The notes beneath the pieces are model-generated. The model saw nothing but the letters and a program-made list of their open reading frames with translations. It was not told where the DNA came from and ran no database searches. Shown here one piece after another: positions 32,857 to 47,925 of a DNA stretch of 64,000 bases. Position 1 is the first letter of the stretch. Every line of letters begins with the position of its first letter. Source of the stretch: Tubulanus polymorphus (taxonomy: Eukaryota > Animalia > Nemertea); the NCBI RefSeq assembly GCF_964204645.1, contig NC_134029.1:17168950-17232949 (forward strand). The letters are read 5' to 3'. The position numbers and the translations under genes are program-made.

Positions 32857-35088
32857 CAAGAGCCCCAAGGGGCACAATGGCCAGCCTGTCAGGTTTGCTT
32901 TTTATAAATAATATAATCTGTGGGTTATATTTATCAATATACACTCCCTGCTCAATATCATTTACATAGTAAAATCGTGTGTTAACACAGACAGCAGGAA
33001 CGAATGTAATATAGAAATACTAAGTTATTGTATTGTGCAACGCCCCCTGGTGGCCATAAAAAAACCAATGAGCTTGAAACTCACCTCGATCATAGAACAT
33101 GTCATGAGCTACAACTTTCCAATTGATTATAGTAGCAAAATATGCTTAAGTATCAATTATGATGTGGAAAAACTTTTTTTCCACCTACGAATGAGTACTG
33201 ACGACCCTAAGATGGCCGCCAAGTGCGTCATAATTGCCTGGTCAAAAATACCCTCTCGGATATAAAAGATCCCTTTCCAAAGAATACCCATTACAAATTG
33301 CAATGAAACATGGCGCACCATTAGAAAGCTACAGTACTCAGAATTCAGGCCAAAATTGACATTTTTGGGAACAAAAAAGGTCACAGTACGGCCATCTTGA
33401 GTTCGATCGACTCAATTTTTCACATGCCGATGGGCCCTCGGGGGATACAAATATATACGAATGATCAAGGTTATTGATAAAAGTTTCTTCAAAATTTCCC
33501 TCGAAAACTTCAAAAATGTGTAAAAAGTGCTGATTTTGGCGAACAACAATGGCTGCCAGTCGGCCATCTTGAATCTGACAGGGCCAGTTTTTGGCCTGAA
33601 GATGTGTCTAGGGTAGATACACGTGTAAAACAAATATCAAGACATTACCTTGAAGCGTCTTCAAAACTTTGGAACTCTCACGAACTATCTAGATGGTTAT
33701 CTCTCGACCTCAATAGCTTCAAGACTCATCTCAAAACAACTTTGTTCCATGCAGCATACCATTAACTCTCGGAAAGCGAATTGTATTTAACATTTTTTGG
33801 CGGAATAAAATTTGATTGAATTTGTAATTCGGGCACATGGCTAATTAGCATATCAAGGTCATACACCCGATTGGTAAAACCTTTTTTTCGCGAACCTTGC
33901 GCAATTGTCAAGGACGAATTTTCTGTAGAGCAAATAAAAATTCCTCCCAAACACCAAATGAACTAAAGATTTCATAGAAATCGATCTTGAAATACAATTT
34001 TAAATCTTAAAATAAAACCCGGAAGTAAAACAGTAGACGATACCGCAGATTCACGTGAACACCTGATTTCTGTAAACGAAATGTTGGTTGTGACAAAATT
34101 GTTCAGACGGTTTTAGGTGGTAATAAGTACGGAAACGTAACGACCATGGTCGACTTATTCGATGAAATCAGGCCTATGTGATATCCAAATTTTGACTTTT
34201 TTATTCTCCAGACCTCCCTGATATAGAAATAAAAAATTTTGGTGGTACGAAAGTGCAATCACAGCGCCGACGGGGACAGAGCCGTGTCAGAGATCGGCGG
34301 AGTGAAAATTGAGGTGGACGAACACGAAGAAGTAGGCTATTGCGCTACTTGAATCACGAAAACTCCTGGCGCGGCCCCGACGCTTTTCGTTGATTAAGTA
34401 ATACAAATATCATGCAATGGGTTTTCACAATCTACCGCTGGTATTTACCGGATTTCAATATCACTCCAAAATTCAAAGAAACCTCGAAATATCGAACCGG
34501 AACACTTCCGGTACTGTAGATATCCGCGGCTGCCCAACCGGGAAACTTATTTGTTTCAATAGATCCATCATCTTAACCCGTCAAGGGATTCGAACCCACT
34601 AAGCTAAAGCCATGCCAGAATCGGGTCGGGCCAATCACAGCGCTTGTAACAAACCACATTAGGCTTCTGTGGAATTTCCCAGTAAATGGGCCAATCAGCG
34701 AACACGTAGCGAACGCGGAAGTATTGTCGCGTGTTGATACATGACGTCATGCGCAAAAGCGCCAGTAATGAAATTGCGATAATTCACGTGAACAGCTGCT
34801 GATATTTTCAGATAAACCAATCACAGGGAAGACACAACTTCCTGATTGGCTGATAAAAATTGAAATTTTCCCGATTTAACTTTCGTGAAAAATGCAGAAA
34901 ACATTTTTATGAGACCCTATTTCAAAATTCTGCTCGCTACGATTCCGAGAATGGATTACGCTTAAATACGTGATTTGTTCGAATATGCCCTCACTTGGCA
35001 AGCACAAGAGCCTTTTGTGTGGAAACCATGTCATTTAAATTCGCTCCATTTGTATAGTAATAGGCTCAGCCTACGGCTGGCCTAATAA
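32857..35088 (-). mobile_element. Host non-autonomous element (Helentron/HINE-like) with nested sequence, inserted in P2
   Basis: GC shift; subterminal ggccagcc/ggctggcc repeats and a terminal gcccc-aa-ggggc hairpin; the flanks are contiguous in P3 (about 63790-63840). Confidence 0.55.
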
Positions 35089-35096
35089 TTAATATC

Positions 35097-35918
35097 TTAA
35101 TCACTTTCACTATCAGACCCTAACAATTTATTCAAACTCTCTACCGTATCATCATCAATAGTTGTTTTATTGTTATACTTATTCATCCTTTCTACCGCAT
35201 CATCAAAAGTTTCTTCTTTATCTTTCACCAAAAGTGTGTCCACATAATCTTTAATATCAATATCTGTAACTATATCACCATGTGGGTGCCATACGGCACC
35301 ATTTTCATTATCATCTTTTTTAGTGTTTGCTCCTAATATTTCATTTACAATATTTGATCCTAATATTTTATTAGCATCAGTTAAATCTAATTCATCTTTA
35401 TTAGGTGTTGCTAATAATAAATCTTCATATAATTCTTTACCATTTACTTTTTTATTTGAAACAAATTTTGTAACATATCTAAATGGGTGTTCTATAAATT
35501 CTTTTAAACCAACACGTTCTATAACATTAGTAATATGTGAATTTGTATTCATATGTTTATTCCAATTTGATGGGGCGTTTGAATATTCATCTTTACAATA
35601 ATCACAATAATTTCTATTTTCGCTAACATTTAATATTATTGCATTATTAGATGTAGAAGGTATTACATTATTAGATGTAGTAGGTATTACTGTAGTAGGT
35701 ATTACTGTAGTAGGTATTACATTATTATCAATTACATTTCTTAAATTATCAACAACTTCACTTTTATTATTATCGATTTCTATTAGTTTAGTTTTATAAA
35801 TTTTGAAAATAGGATCAAATATCAAAGCTATATTACAAGGTATTACATAATATAAACCATCATTATTTTCAAGTGTATCGATGTATGGAATATGTTTATA
35901 TACTTTACCTCCTTCCAT
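35097..35918 (-). CDS. Zn-finger protein with NNVIPST repeats (273 aa)
   Basis: YCDYC...H...H; homolog at 62688-63790; absent from P1. Confidence 0.75.
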   Translation of the reverse strand: MEGGKVYKHIPYIDTLENNDGLYYVIPCNIALIFDPIFKIYKTKLIEIDNNKSEVVDNLRNVIDNNVIPTTVIPTTVIPTTSNNVIPSTSNNAIILNVSENRNYCDYCKDEYSNAPSNWNKHMNTNSHITNVIERVGLKEFIEHPFRYVTKFVSNKKVNGKELYEDLLLATPNKDELDLTDANKILGSNIVNEILGANTKKDDNENGAVWHPHGDIVTDIDIKDYVDTLLVKDKEETFDDAVERMNKYNNKTTIDDDTVESLNKLLGSDSESD

Positions 35919-35950
35919 TTATTATATATATTTTTATTAAAGTTAAAATT

Positions 35951-37197
35951 TTAATACATAACACTATCTAATTGTGAATTTACAATATTTAATTGCGCGT
36001 CAGATATAATATAAATATGCATTTTGAAATTTAGACTTCCTTTTTTCTTTGTCATGAATAATTGTATTCCATCTTTAGTGTTCTGTAGTTTTTTACCAGA
36101 ACCATGTAATGAATTATCCTCTGTTGTTCTAAAATCTAACCATAATGCATATTTATTACCGGTATAATAATCAATTTGATTAATATTACAATTTTCAAAT
36201 TATTTTACTTTTTCATTCATGAAATGTTTTCTAATTTCTGGCCATTGATCTATCATTCTCATTCCTTGACAAAATGTTTTATTTGCTATTCCTTCGATAG
36301 TTATTTCTACTTTTGTTATTTCAGGATTATAATAATTATCAACATTTATTGCGCCATTAGTATATGTTGCAATGTAAAAAATATTAATACACCTTTAATA
36401 GATCTTCTTGGGAAGTTAATATTCTCATTAATAATTTCATCATTTGCATTAATAGTTACAGTTTTAAATTTATCAATATAATCATATAATAATGAAAATC
36501 CTTGATTGAATTGAGTTTGAATTATACTTGAAATATTTTCATCAGTTACTGTGTCATATTCTAAACATATATTCGATAATTTCTAACTCATATCTTTATT
36601 AACGCTAGATAATACAATTTCATTTACAGGAGCAAATGTTATCTCAAATATAATATCTTCTTGAATTACATATTTATATAAAGGTGCATTGTTATTTATC
36701 AATTCAAAGTCTAATGGAATTTTATATTTGCTTCCATATATACTTTTTATCAATTTATCTACAGCATTAGTTAATATTGCGCTATTAGCTTCTGATCTTA
36801 ATTTATTTTGGTTTTCTGATTGGATGCCTTGAAATATCATATTATTTCTATTTTCTTTAGTTAACCATAAATCTTTATAATGCATAAATAAATTATAATC
36901 ATCTAATGAGAAAACTGTTTCTGGACCAATCTTTATAGTTAACTTTTTAATCAAATATCTTCCAACATTATCAACAACATAATTATTATTATTACCGATT
37001 ACTTTTATATCGGCTGATAAATAAATACTATTTGGAACATAAAAAGTATTTTGTGTTAATCTAGGAATTCTAACATATAAAGTTTCATCGATATTGATAT
37101 TAGAAGGGCTATGAGTAATTATATGATGTGATCTTTCTGCTTTAATAGCATTAGATATTCTAGACATCTTAGAAGGATTGATATAACTCCCACTCAT
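35951..37197 (-). pseudogene. Putative major capsid protein (P2), disrupted
   Basis: Near-identical to 4887-6134, with a premature stop and frameshifts. Confidence 0.8.
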
Positions 37198-37229
37198 TTA
37201 TTCAACAAAAAACTAATTATTTATTTTTG

Positions 37230-40200
37230 ATCATGTTTACTTGATATTTTTTGATATCATGTTTACTAGCCCAAAAATAATTAAATTAACTGTAATTAAA
37301 AATAAAATAATATGTTCAGCAGCAAAGTTAATAATGTTTCCCTGCAGATTTCAATATAAAACCAACAATTGATGCAATTATTCCTGGTAAAGCTGCAGCA
37401 GATTTTTTAGATGGTTCCCATAAATATTTTGCTAATTTCTTTAAACCATCTTTAACTTTATCTTGTATAGAATTATTATCATTCGGGGGTTTATCCGGTT
37501 TATTGGGAGTAGGTGTAGATTTTAAAGCATTTGATATAGCTAAACCAATTGTTGTAAATAACATAGTTACAGCTGTTAGAATTGAAAGAATTGTTATTCC
37601 TTCTAATTTAAATAACAATTTTATTCTATCTTTCAATGATATGTCAGAATTTGGTTTAATCAACAAATCTTTAAAAATAACTTTTAATCTATTAATATTA
37701 TAATCATATGATTTTAATAATAATTTAATTTCTTCTTTTTGTAATTCTATGTTATATTCTAAATCATCTTTTTCTTTTTCTAAACGTAATTCTTTTTGCC
37801 TATATTCTATTTCATAAATTACTTGATGATCTAAATCAGACTTTAATTGTTCTATTTCTTTATTTTTATCAGTTAATTCTTTTTCTAAAGTTCTAATTCT
37901 AAAATCTCTTATACTTTTATCATGCGCAATTTTACCAGATGCATGTCTTATACTAAAAATTTCTCTTATTGCTTTATCAGAAAATATATCTAAATCTTCT
38001 AATTCTTGATCTGTTGCATCAAGTAATCCCTTCGGTAAAAGTTTTTCAGTTTGAACTTCTCTTGAATTAGGTCTACTAGTTTTGGAAGTTATATTCTGTT
38101 CAGAAGTTGTTTCTGTTTCTAAATTATTATCGATTGTTTCAAATAAGTCATCAATTCTTTGACTAAATTCTTTTATATTATCATTTCTTTCTTCTTGTGT
38201 AACATCAGTTATTTCATTACTATTACTTATTCTCTTAATTCTATCTGGTTCTAACTTAAGCAAAGTTGATTCCGCTAATATTTTATTTAGTCTTGTCTTT
38301 TGATTAGTGATATCAATATAATAATCACCTTCCAAACGATAATAATATTTACCTTTAAAAAGTTTTAAGTTTTGTACTAAAAGTCTGGCGCCTCTATTAT
38401 TTATATTATATCCAGAATCTTTAAATACACGTTGAAAATCATACATAAATTCATAATTTTCAAAATTTTCTCTTTCTAAATCTTGATTTTCATTTTCAGG
38501 AGGTATTCTCGATCTAGTTCTTCTATCAAATTCATCTGTTGATGGGGCTTTAGAACCACTATCTGCTTAATTAGAATTATATGCTGATTCATTACCATCA
38601 TCAATATTAGTTTCTGCATCATTATAATCATCATCAATATATCCCTCATTATTATTTCCCATTTCTCCCATTTCATAATCTTCTCCACCTTCTGCCATTT
38701 ATATAATAAAAAAATTAAAATTTGAAATATAATATTCCTCCTATAACAATTCCTATACAAGTTAAAGCTAATTTAGTATTTTCATGGGATTTATTATCAT
38801 TATCAGTTTTAATTATATCATGTTGAAAAATATCAGTTCTTATATTTTCTGATGTATTGTAATCTTTTATTTTGGAGTCATTATCCAATTTAATATTTTT
38901 AGTTTTAGTTTCTGTTGATTGAATGTGTTTTTTATTTTTTTCACCTTCCATTAATTTTGGAGCAGTGATAATCTTTTTATTTATATCATTTAATCCAAAT
39001 GAATTATTTATTGTTGCAGTTTTAATTAGATTATTGTAACCAATTATATTTCCCATCTTTAATACTAAATCATTAGAAATAATTAATAGATTAGGGCCTA
39101 TACAATAATTTTATCTAATATGTGATTTATCTAAATAATTTTGATATCTTACAATGTTTTCTGGAATCGATCTATTTTTATCATTATGTATGGAATCTTC
39201 AAATAAAACTTTAAATTGTTTTTGTGTATCGAATGATGTATTCAAATTTCCAATTATTGGGGATCTTGTTTCAACTTGCGCACCTAAAATACATATCAAA
39301 TAAGTTCTAATTGATTGATTTATTCTTTGTATTCCGGCTTTAGCAAAACCTTCATTATTTTCTAAAATGAAATAAACCCAACCATTATTGTTTTCTTGTT
39401 TTAAATTATCATAAAATGTCGGTAATTTATTGAAATTTAATGTTTCTAAATCCTTAGTTTCTATTTTACCATAACCTAATGTATTACTATAGATATTATA
39501 AAAGCTATTAGATGGTATGGGAAGTGCACAATATTCTGCAATCTTTTTAGGGCAAGGAAGTGATCTTATTGTTCCAATTTTTGTTCTAAAATCAGAATTA
39601 TTTATATCTATATTAAATTCATTACAAATTTTATAAAACTTTGATAAATTAATATTATTATCTAATTCTTTAAAATACCTAGATCCTGGTAAAGCGCACT
39701 CTAATTCATTTAATATTATTCTTATTTGAAAGTATGTATGAACTCTAAATAAACTTTGAATTATTTTATATTTAGAATTATTCAAATGATCATTCCAACT
39801 CATTCCACATCCTGTTGTTGCACAATAAACAGCAAAATTTAATTGGTTCTGCCAATACTTCATATTAGATTTTAATAACCATTGTTTTTCATCTTTCAAT
39901 TTTTTTAAATTAATTAAATATACATGAAATATATTTTCCATCTTTGCATTAAAATTATTAGTTTCAGAAACATTAATTTCTAAATTAGTTAATGAATCTA
40001 AAACTTCATTTCTATATGTAATATGTTTATTAAAATCTATTGCTGGAATATTATATTTAATTGATTTATTATATTGGAAAGCTTTTGGAAAACTATCTGC
40101 CATTTATATAATTAAAAAATTAATAATTTAATAATTCTTTTAATAATTTATCTTGTTCTTCAACTGTTATATGACCATTTAAACTTATTATATAATCTAG

Positions 40201-42364
40201 TGTATTCTTTAATTTATTAATTTCTTTTATATTAGTTTTAATTTTTTCTTTATTACTTTTTATATTTAATTTTGAACTTATACCGGTTAAAACACTTGAA
40301 CTTAATCCTAACACACCAATTGATATAGCTAAAGGTGTTAATGGACTGAATATTGCTAGAAATGTTATTACAGAACTAATTGTAACCGAACCACTTATAA
40401 TCAAATAATATAAAATTTTACTTTTTAGATATTTTTTCTTTCTAACTTTTAAGTCACTTTCAAATTCTAATATTTGTTTTTCTAAATATATTTTTAATTT
40501 ATTTTTATTTATATCATGAGGAATAATATCAATATTATCAACTTTATTTTCAATGTATTTAGAAAAAAAATTACTAATTAGTAAATTTATAAGCAACAAA
40601 TATAACAATAACTGTTCCACCTAAAATCCATATTATTTCATATTTCTGTTGTTCTTTACTTGGGGTATAATAATCTGATAATTTAGGTTTGTATAGATGT
40701 AATTTTTCTTTATTTGTTACTGCGTTATATAAACTCATTGCATCATCAACTGATTGAAAATCTCTATGTGAAATCTTCTGATCATATAATTCCTTGTTAA
40801 TATAATCCATATAGTTTTGTCTTTTTTCTCTATATTCTTCCGCTGCTTTATTATATTTCTCTAACGCTAAGTTATGTCTTCTTTGTTCTCCTAATGAACT
40901 ATTTTTATCGATATGTTTAAATAAATAACCACCACCAGTAAATGCTAAAGCGTTAACAATTGCTGATCCTATAATAGTTATAATTGCAGAAGCCATTTAT
41001 TTAGTAAAATAATTACGCATTTATATGGGAGGAATATATTTTTGTTTTTCCAAATAATCAATAGTTAAATTAGATAAAGTAACTGCTAATGTTAATTTTA
41101 AGATATCATTTATATCAAATCTATCAACATTAACACTTCCCATTTTAAATACTTTTTTTTAATACCATTGAATAACCAACAGTTCCAACTGATAGTAATG
41201 CGCCATTATATAATCCAGTTATTATCCACTTATTATCACTCATTTATTTATCAAAGAAATTACTATCATCAAAATATTTAGTTAACTTATTTATGATTAA
41301 TTCAACATTTATTTCATTACTACTTTGAAGATTATCATATATTTTGGATAATATGTTTTTGATATCTTCAATAATTCCATCTTCATTTAATTCATAATAT
41401 TCTAAAGGCGTTTTAATTAAATCAATTACTTTTTCTATATTATAATTTTCTTTATCAATCATTGATGCATTGTTAAATGATTTACTTTTTATATCAGTAA
41501 TTACATCATTTAGTTTAATTCTCATTTCTTTACCATGTTTAAAATCAAACCCAAAACATATACTCGGTCCAACAGTTATATTCATTTATATAGTGAAAAA
41601 TATTACTCTCTACATATTATAACTAATTCATAAATTACAGGGAAATTATTTAAATCAATTAAGTATCCATTATGATTTCTAATTTCTAATCTAAAATTAT
41701 TAAAACGAGGAATGCATGGTTTGAAATCACATTCTGTTAAATTATAATTTATTTGCGTTCCAAATTCTTTAACATTCTTCAATGGCAAAATGTTTAGTAA
41801 ACCAGAATTACAAGTTATATCTTTAGTTGCTTCGAATGTTTTTGTAGGATCGATAAAATTGCAATAAATATAAAAATGTGTGTAAGGTATTAAGTTTGGT
41901 GTAGTAGCGTCAATATTTGTAAAAGATCTATCTGGAAGAATTCCTAACAGTTTAGCTATAGGTTTTTTTACCATAAATTTATGTTTTTCACTATTAGACA
42001 ACCTTATCTTTATTCTATCAGAACTCTCACTTTTTAAAAATCTAATACTAAACCCAGAACTACTACCTAATTTGTGCCAGGCTTTTCTATTAATTTCTTG
42101 TGCTAATGTATCAAAATTATATAACCCCGGTTTTAAATATATATAGACCCATTCATTTTCATTTTTATTAAAAATTAAAAAAGCTCTATGTTCAATAGTT
42201 TTATTCGATATATTGTAAAAAGAATTACATAAACTTATATTTACTAATTTCAAATCAACACAATTTTTATATTCCCTATCTAATTGAACTAGTAAATTAT
42301 GAGATCTATAATTTGTAAGCCTTCTAGAATCAACAAATATTCTGTATTCTTTTAATTCCGCCAT
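37230..42364 (-). pseudogene. P2 structural block: homologs of the P1 479, 462, 144, 140, 73 and 117 aa genes and penton (41603-42364); several frameshifted
   Basis: Same order as P1 6169-11284 with high identity. Confidence 0.85.
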
Positions 42365-42381
42365 TTATTTTACATATTTTC

Positions 42382-42735
42382 TTATTCGAAATCTATTTCA
42401 TGGTGCCCTTTTTCATTCTTACATTTGTATACGAAATAGAAATCTCCAGAACATAATTCTCCTAGATCTTCACTTGATAATCTATGAAATCTATCTGGTA
42501 AATATGTTCTGAATTTATGTGTATTTCCTTTTAATCCTTCATATTCTAAGTGTATAACTAATTTATCTCCATAGTTATTATTAACTGCATCAATATTTGT
42601 AATTAGATATTTCTTATGGATTGTTAATTCTGTTAACTTTTTGAATTTATAATCTACAGATTTTACATTTGTGATATCTTTTATTCTATCTAGAAATAAT
42701 TTGTTGTTCTCACTGTGTGTTTTTTTACTCTCCAT
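42382..42735 (-). CDS. Homolog of P1 1424-1750
   Basis: TYLPDRF and KNEKGHH motifs. Confidence 0.75.
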   Translation of the reverse strand: MESKKTHSENNKLFLDRIKDITNVKSVDYKFKKLTELTIHKKYLITNIDAVNNNYGDKLVIHLEYEGLKGNTHKFRTYLPDRFHRLSSEDLGELCSGDFYFVYKCKNEKGHHEIDFE

Positions 42736-42787
42736 TTTAATAACATATTTTTATTAAAATTTGATTAACACGTTAGAATTCTTTTCA

Positions 42788-45700
42788 TTATCTCGTTCTC
42801 TTTTGTTTCTTCTCTTTTAAAAATTTTAAGTATTCATCTAAATTGCAACCATAAGCAACTGTATGAATTCCATCATCTAAAATATATCTTTTATCATCAA
42901 ATGGGTTCAAACTTATGTTCTCTATTTCTTCAATAAACATTTCGTGGTACTCAGATCTTAAACATCTCATCTTATGTTTTCTAACTTCTTCATTGAATAT
43001 ACAATTGATGTAATCTTTGAAATGAATATTCTTTTCTACTACACTTTTGGTTATTCCTTTTAACTTTTTAGCTTCATGTTCTTTAGTTTTATATGAATAC
43101 ATTTTAGATCTAATACCTATGAATTCAATCATTTCTTCACCGCCTAATTCATCTTTGAATTTACCGGGAACTTTTTTATTATCATTGCTAAACAATTCAT
43201 GATCTTTAGGATAATTACTGAAATCAAAATGATGTTTTAATGTTTTTAAATCATCAGTTATGTTATTAGTTTTTATCTTTAATATGTAACTGTCAGTATC
43301 AAAATATAATATTTCTATGTGTTTTCCTCCAAAAAGTGGTTGTAATATATTATAATAGAATTCATACATTAGTAATTTTGATAATTCTAAAACTGAAGCG
43401 CCAACATAGATTGGTTTATTAAATTTCATTGATGTTCTCATCTTAACTGCGGCTAAATTTTCATCAAATATTCTGTTACCAATGAACTTAGGATATGTTT
43501 GTAAATGTCTAATTCTTTTACCATTACTGACTAACTCAATATCATTTCTATTTCTAATATTTTCACAAGTCTTACCATAGAATGCATTGTTCATTAACTT
43601 GAAGAAATCTTTCTCGAAATCAGTTTTAGCTTCAGTTCTCTGTTTGGTGTTAAAATCTATATATTTTTCTAACCACTTAGATTGACTAAATGAAATATAT
43701 CTATGTACTTTTTTTAGGATCATTCCTTGTTTTAGATAAAACTTTAACATTCTATAATGTACTACATAATTATATTTATCTTCTTGAGTTACCATTAACT
43801 TTTCTGTATGAATATGATTTTCGGGTTTAATTCTTTTTTGATAATTTGATAATTCTTCATGAGTTACAGTTTTATGTTCGGGGCAGTATGCTAGATTTCT
43901 AGATTTAAATTTAATATGTTCAGGATATTCTAAATCTACAACAAAAAAGTAACCAGTATCTGAATCATCTGCAATATCTAGGATTCTTTTCTTCTAATCA
44001 AATTTATCATTATTTTCATTCTGTAAAACTTCAGTTAATTCAAATACTCCATAAGGTTGTGGTTCCATCATTGCCCAACCATACAAATTATTTGCATCTA
44101 TATATAATAACTTATATCCAAGGTTATTATTTACATTGAAATATCTATCACCTAATACACCTGAAACTCCTCCTCTTATAGATTTTTCAAATAATAATAA
44201 TTGATCTATATTTGTTAACAAATCCATTTTTATATTTGTAAATTTTAATCCACAATCCCATGTTAATCCTGGTGATGAATAACAATGACAAGGATCAATG
44301 TTAAAATATGTTAGGTTAACATCTCTAAACCTTTTCAATATATCGGTTAATAATAATACATCTGATTTTAAATATAAATCTACTAATTGTCCATGCTTTT
44401 CTATTTTGAAATGATTCCAAATATTCAATGTTCTATTATAGACTTCATCTTTAACATATTCATTTTTTAATTCATCATAGAATTGTTCTTTCACTAATTC
44501 AGTTATATTGAAATCATTATGTGATTTATAAAATGAATATGGAATTGCTCCTTTATATCTCATTAATTGGAAATCATCATTATTTGGGTAGTGTTGCTTT
44601 AATATTTTTAATTCATCATCAACTAATGATTTTGATAAGTTATCTAATGAACTATTTAAAAATCTATATGAATCTATAAATCTTAGGCAACCAAATTGGA
44701 ATGATATATAATTCTCAGATGTTTTAGCTAACATTCTAAATTTATAAGTTGGTATTTTATCTTTTGATCTATTTGAATTTAATCTTTCTATTTCATTATT
44801 AATTTCTTCTATTTTATGACATAACTGTTTGATTTATAAGTTGGTATTTTAACTTTTGATCTATTTGAATTTAATCTTTCTATTTCATTATTAATTTCTT
44901 CTATTTTATGACATAACTGTTTGATGAATAAATGTGCATCATATCCTGATAGATTATGAAATATAACTGGTACAAAGTTAATTTTCTTAGCTTGTAAGTT
45001 ACAATTCTCATGTGCGGCGCCTCTAAACTTTCCATTCAAATGATCATGGTCTCTTACTTTTTTATCTTTATAATTAAATATCTTTTCACAATAATAACAT
45101 TTATCTGCAAACTCAAATTCTTCTTTATCTTCTTCTGTCATTATAATTTCTATATTTGTATTCAATAATTTACTAAATCTTATTTCATATTCAATTAATG
45201 AGTCACAAAAATGATTGATAACATTTTCATTTCTGTAATTATAATATTCACTTTCAATTAGTTCTGGATAATCAGATTTTATATATAACCCGAAAGCTGC
45301 AGCTGATTGATGAATCTTTTTAATAGTATTTGATTTTGGTGGTTCATCTGAAAAATCATTTTCATTAGAATTTAATTTCTTTCTTTTATAATATATTTCT
45401 TTTCTATCTTGATCAGTTAGTTCTTTATTTAATGATTCAAAATCTCCATATATTACAAATGGTACTTTATTTTTGTAATCATATTTTTTGAATTCTAATA
45501 TTTTATCTTTTTCATTTGGTAAAACTAATTTACAATAATCATGATTTTCACATAATTGTTTATGATTTAATAATGCCCTTTCAGTTCTGAATTTAGTTAT
45601 ACATTTTCTACATACATATATTTTATTATCAAAATCATTTTCTGATTTGAAAAATAAATCAATTCTTTCAATCCACATATAATGTTTCTCATAATATAAT

Positions 45701-46895
45701 ATATCTATCACATCATTTGAATCATAATATTTTGATAAGTATAGAGGTTCTAATGTATAATGTTTTATATTGTTACCTTTTATATTTGGTAATTTGATTA
45801 AATCAAATACATTTATCTTTATATTATTATCTCTTTCTATTTTTGGGATGTTTTTAATTATAACAGGATACTTATCTATCTTATAACTATTTTCAAATTG
45901 TTTATAATGAGTTAATCTAAAACTATGTGTAATATCTTCTGTTGGATGTAAACAACTTATTATAGCCCATAGAAAACATTTATCATCTTCATTTTGTACA
46001 TTTATTACAGCATTAGTTTTAAATGGTAGTTTGATATAACTCGATGATTCAATATCTGGTTCTTTCTAATATGATATATTATTTTCATCTATTGGTTTTG
46101 ATTTAGTTAACTTATTATATTTTGTGTTATAAACATGTAAAGTCATAAATATTATTTCATCAAATATTAAACCAGATCCTTCAAAATATTTCTCTTCTAT
46201 TTTAGTTTTTACTTCATTATAACATTTATCTAATTTATCATCTACATGTTGTTTTGAAATAATATGTTGTGAATGAGAATTTATATTATATATTGGTTTA
46301 TCTTCAGATTTTATAAACTTTACTTTTGATGAAATACTTATTTTAGGATATTCAACATCAGTAATTATTTTTATAATATTTTTCATATTTTCTAAATGTT
46401 TTTTATTTTCTTCTAATGTTTTTCCTTTATGAAATTTAAACTCGATAGCTGCTGGGCCAATATCACTTTTAAATGCTTCGGTTATCTCTATATCTTTTTT
46501 ATTATCTAATGAATTAATATAATTTCTTACATCTTCCATGTATGGTCTTTTATTGTTTAATTTATTTTTTATGCTTTTAATTGTCTTCTGTTTCTTATCA
46601 TTATCATTATCAAAATAATCTTCACCTAAAATATCATTATTCATATTTCTAATATGACTTTTAGATTTTAAATGTTCTTTATAATATCTTTTATCACTGA
46701 ATGATTGATTACATGTATCACATTTATATGTTTCTTTTTCATTCTTTAATTCTCTAATTTAGTTTCTAATATATCATCTTTATATTCTAGTTTCAATTTA
46801 TTATCTAAATGTGTTTTAGTTTTATTGTGTCTTGCTTTTTGGGATTTATCTATATTGATATTACATGTTGGACAGTAGTACTTATTTGCTTCCAT
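42788..46895 (-). pseudogene. polB: pPolB of P2, intein-free, fragmented
   Basis: YIDANNLYG, KLMNNAFYGK, YFDTDSY; stops and an ~90-bp duplication at about 44740-44920. Confidence 0.93.
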
Positions 46896-46929
46896 TTTAA
46901 TACTAAATTTTTTATTAAAATTGAACATA

Positions 46930-47359
46930 ACACTTACCTCTCAACGCGTCCCGCCACGTGTGAGTCCAACCACGTGTGAGTCCCGCCTATTTATACTACT
47001 CAACAGTGGGGAAAACCCAGCTGCGTGTTGAGACTTGTAAATTATGAGGTTTGTGATTGGCTAGTGTAATAGGGAATACTCAACTGTGATTGGATAGAGT
47101 AATACTCAACTGTGATTGGATAGATTAATAGTAAAATACTCAACTGTGATTGGCTGGAAATACTCAACTGTGATTGGATAGAGTAATAGGGAATATTCAA
47201 CTGTGATTGGCTGGAAATACTCAACTGTGATTGGCTAGAGTAATACTCAACTGTGTTTGGCTAATGTAATTTCCTAGATGGATGGTTCTAGAATCAACAT
47301 GTAATACGCAATACTCAACGTGTTGAGGCTTGTAAATTATGAGACTTGTGATTAGATAG
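46930..47359 (-). promoter_or_regulatory. Putative Pol II-type promoter region with CCAAT tandem repeats upstream of P2 pPolB
   Basis: About 8 aatactcaactgtgattgg-type units, TATAAATA at 46988-46995 (minus strand), two CACGTG boxes. Confidence 0.45.
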
Positions 47360-47563
47360 AGTAATAGGGGTTTAGTTTTTTCATATCAAAGGTTGAGAGG
47401 TCGAGCTCGTAAAAATGAAAAATGTTAAAATAATAATAATTTCTACTTGAATTTGGAGTGTACGCGACTAATTCAAGTAGAAATTGTTATTATTTTCATA
47501 TTTTTCATTTTTACGAGCTCGACCTTTCGACCTTTGGTATGAAACAACTAAACCCCTATTACT
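47360..47563. repeat. P2 right TIR (self-palindromic)
   Basis: Reverse complement of 28633-28836. Confidence 0.95.
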
Positions 47564-47925
47564 CACGTAGAATTGAATAGATTTAGTAAACCATGAATTT
47601 CTAACCGTATAAATTTTCGGGGCATTTTTGTAAATGCACAGTCTTATCCTGTCATTCGTATTAGAAGTATGCCAGCACTACGCTCTGGCTGGATATAGCA
47701 ATTGTAAGTTATCAAATTATCACAATTTTCCGCTAATTTTATTGTATTGTTACTCATTTAGTTGTTTTTGTATTGTAGCAAACAGGTACTCGGTACTCGT
47801 TATTTTGCAGTCGTAAATAAAATCCGAGTTGAAGCTATTCCGTCGTTTTCGTTGATTGTAGTTGCTGACATAAAAGTTTGAATTGCTAACCGTAGCAATT
47901 ATTGTACGTATATTTCAAGTTCACG

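Larger units (their letters stand above)
28633..47563. mobile_element. Polinton-like endogenous virus P2 (18.9 kb including nested inserts), partly decayed
   Basis: 204-bp TIRs; TSD CACGTA at 28627-28632 and 47564-47569; gene set homologous to P1. Confidence 0.96.
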
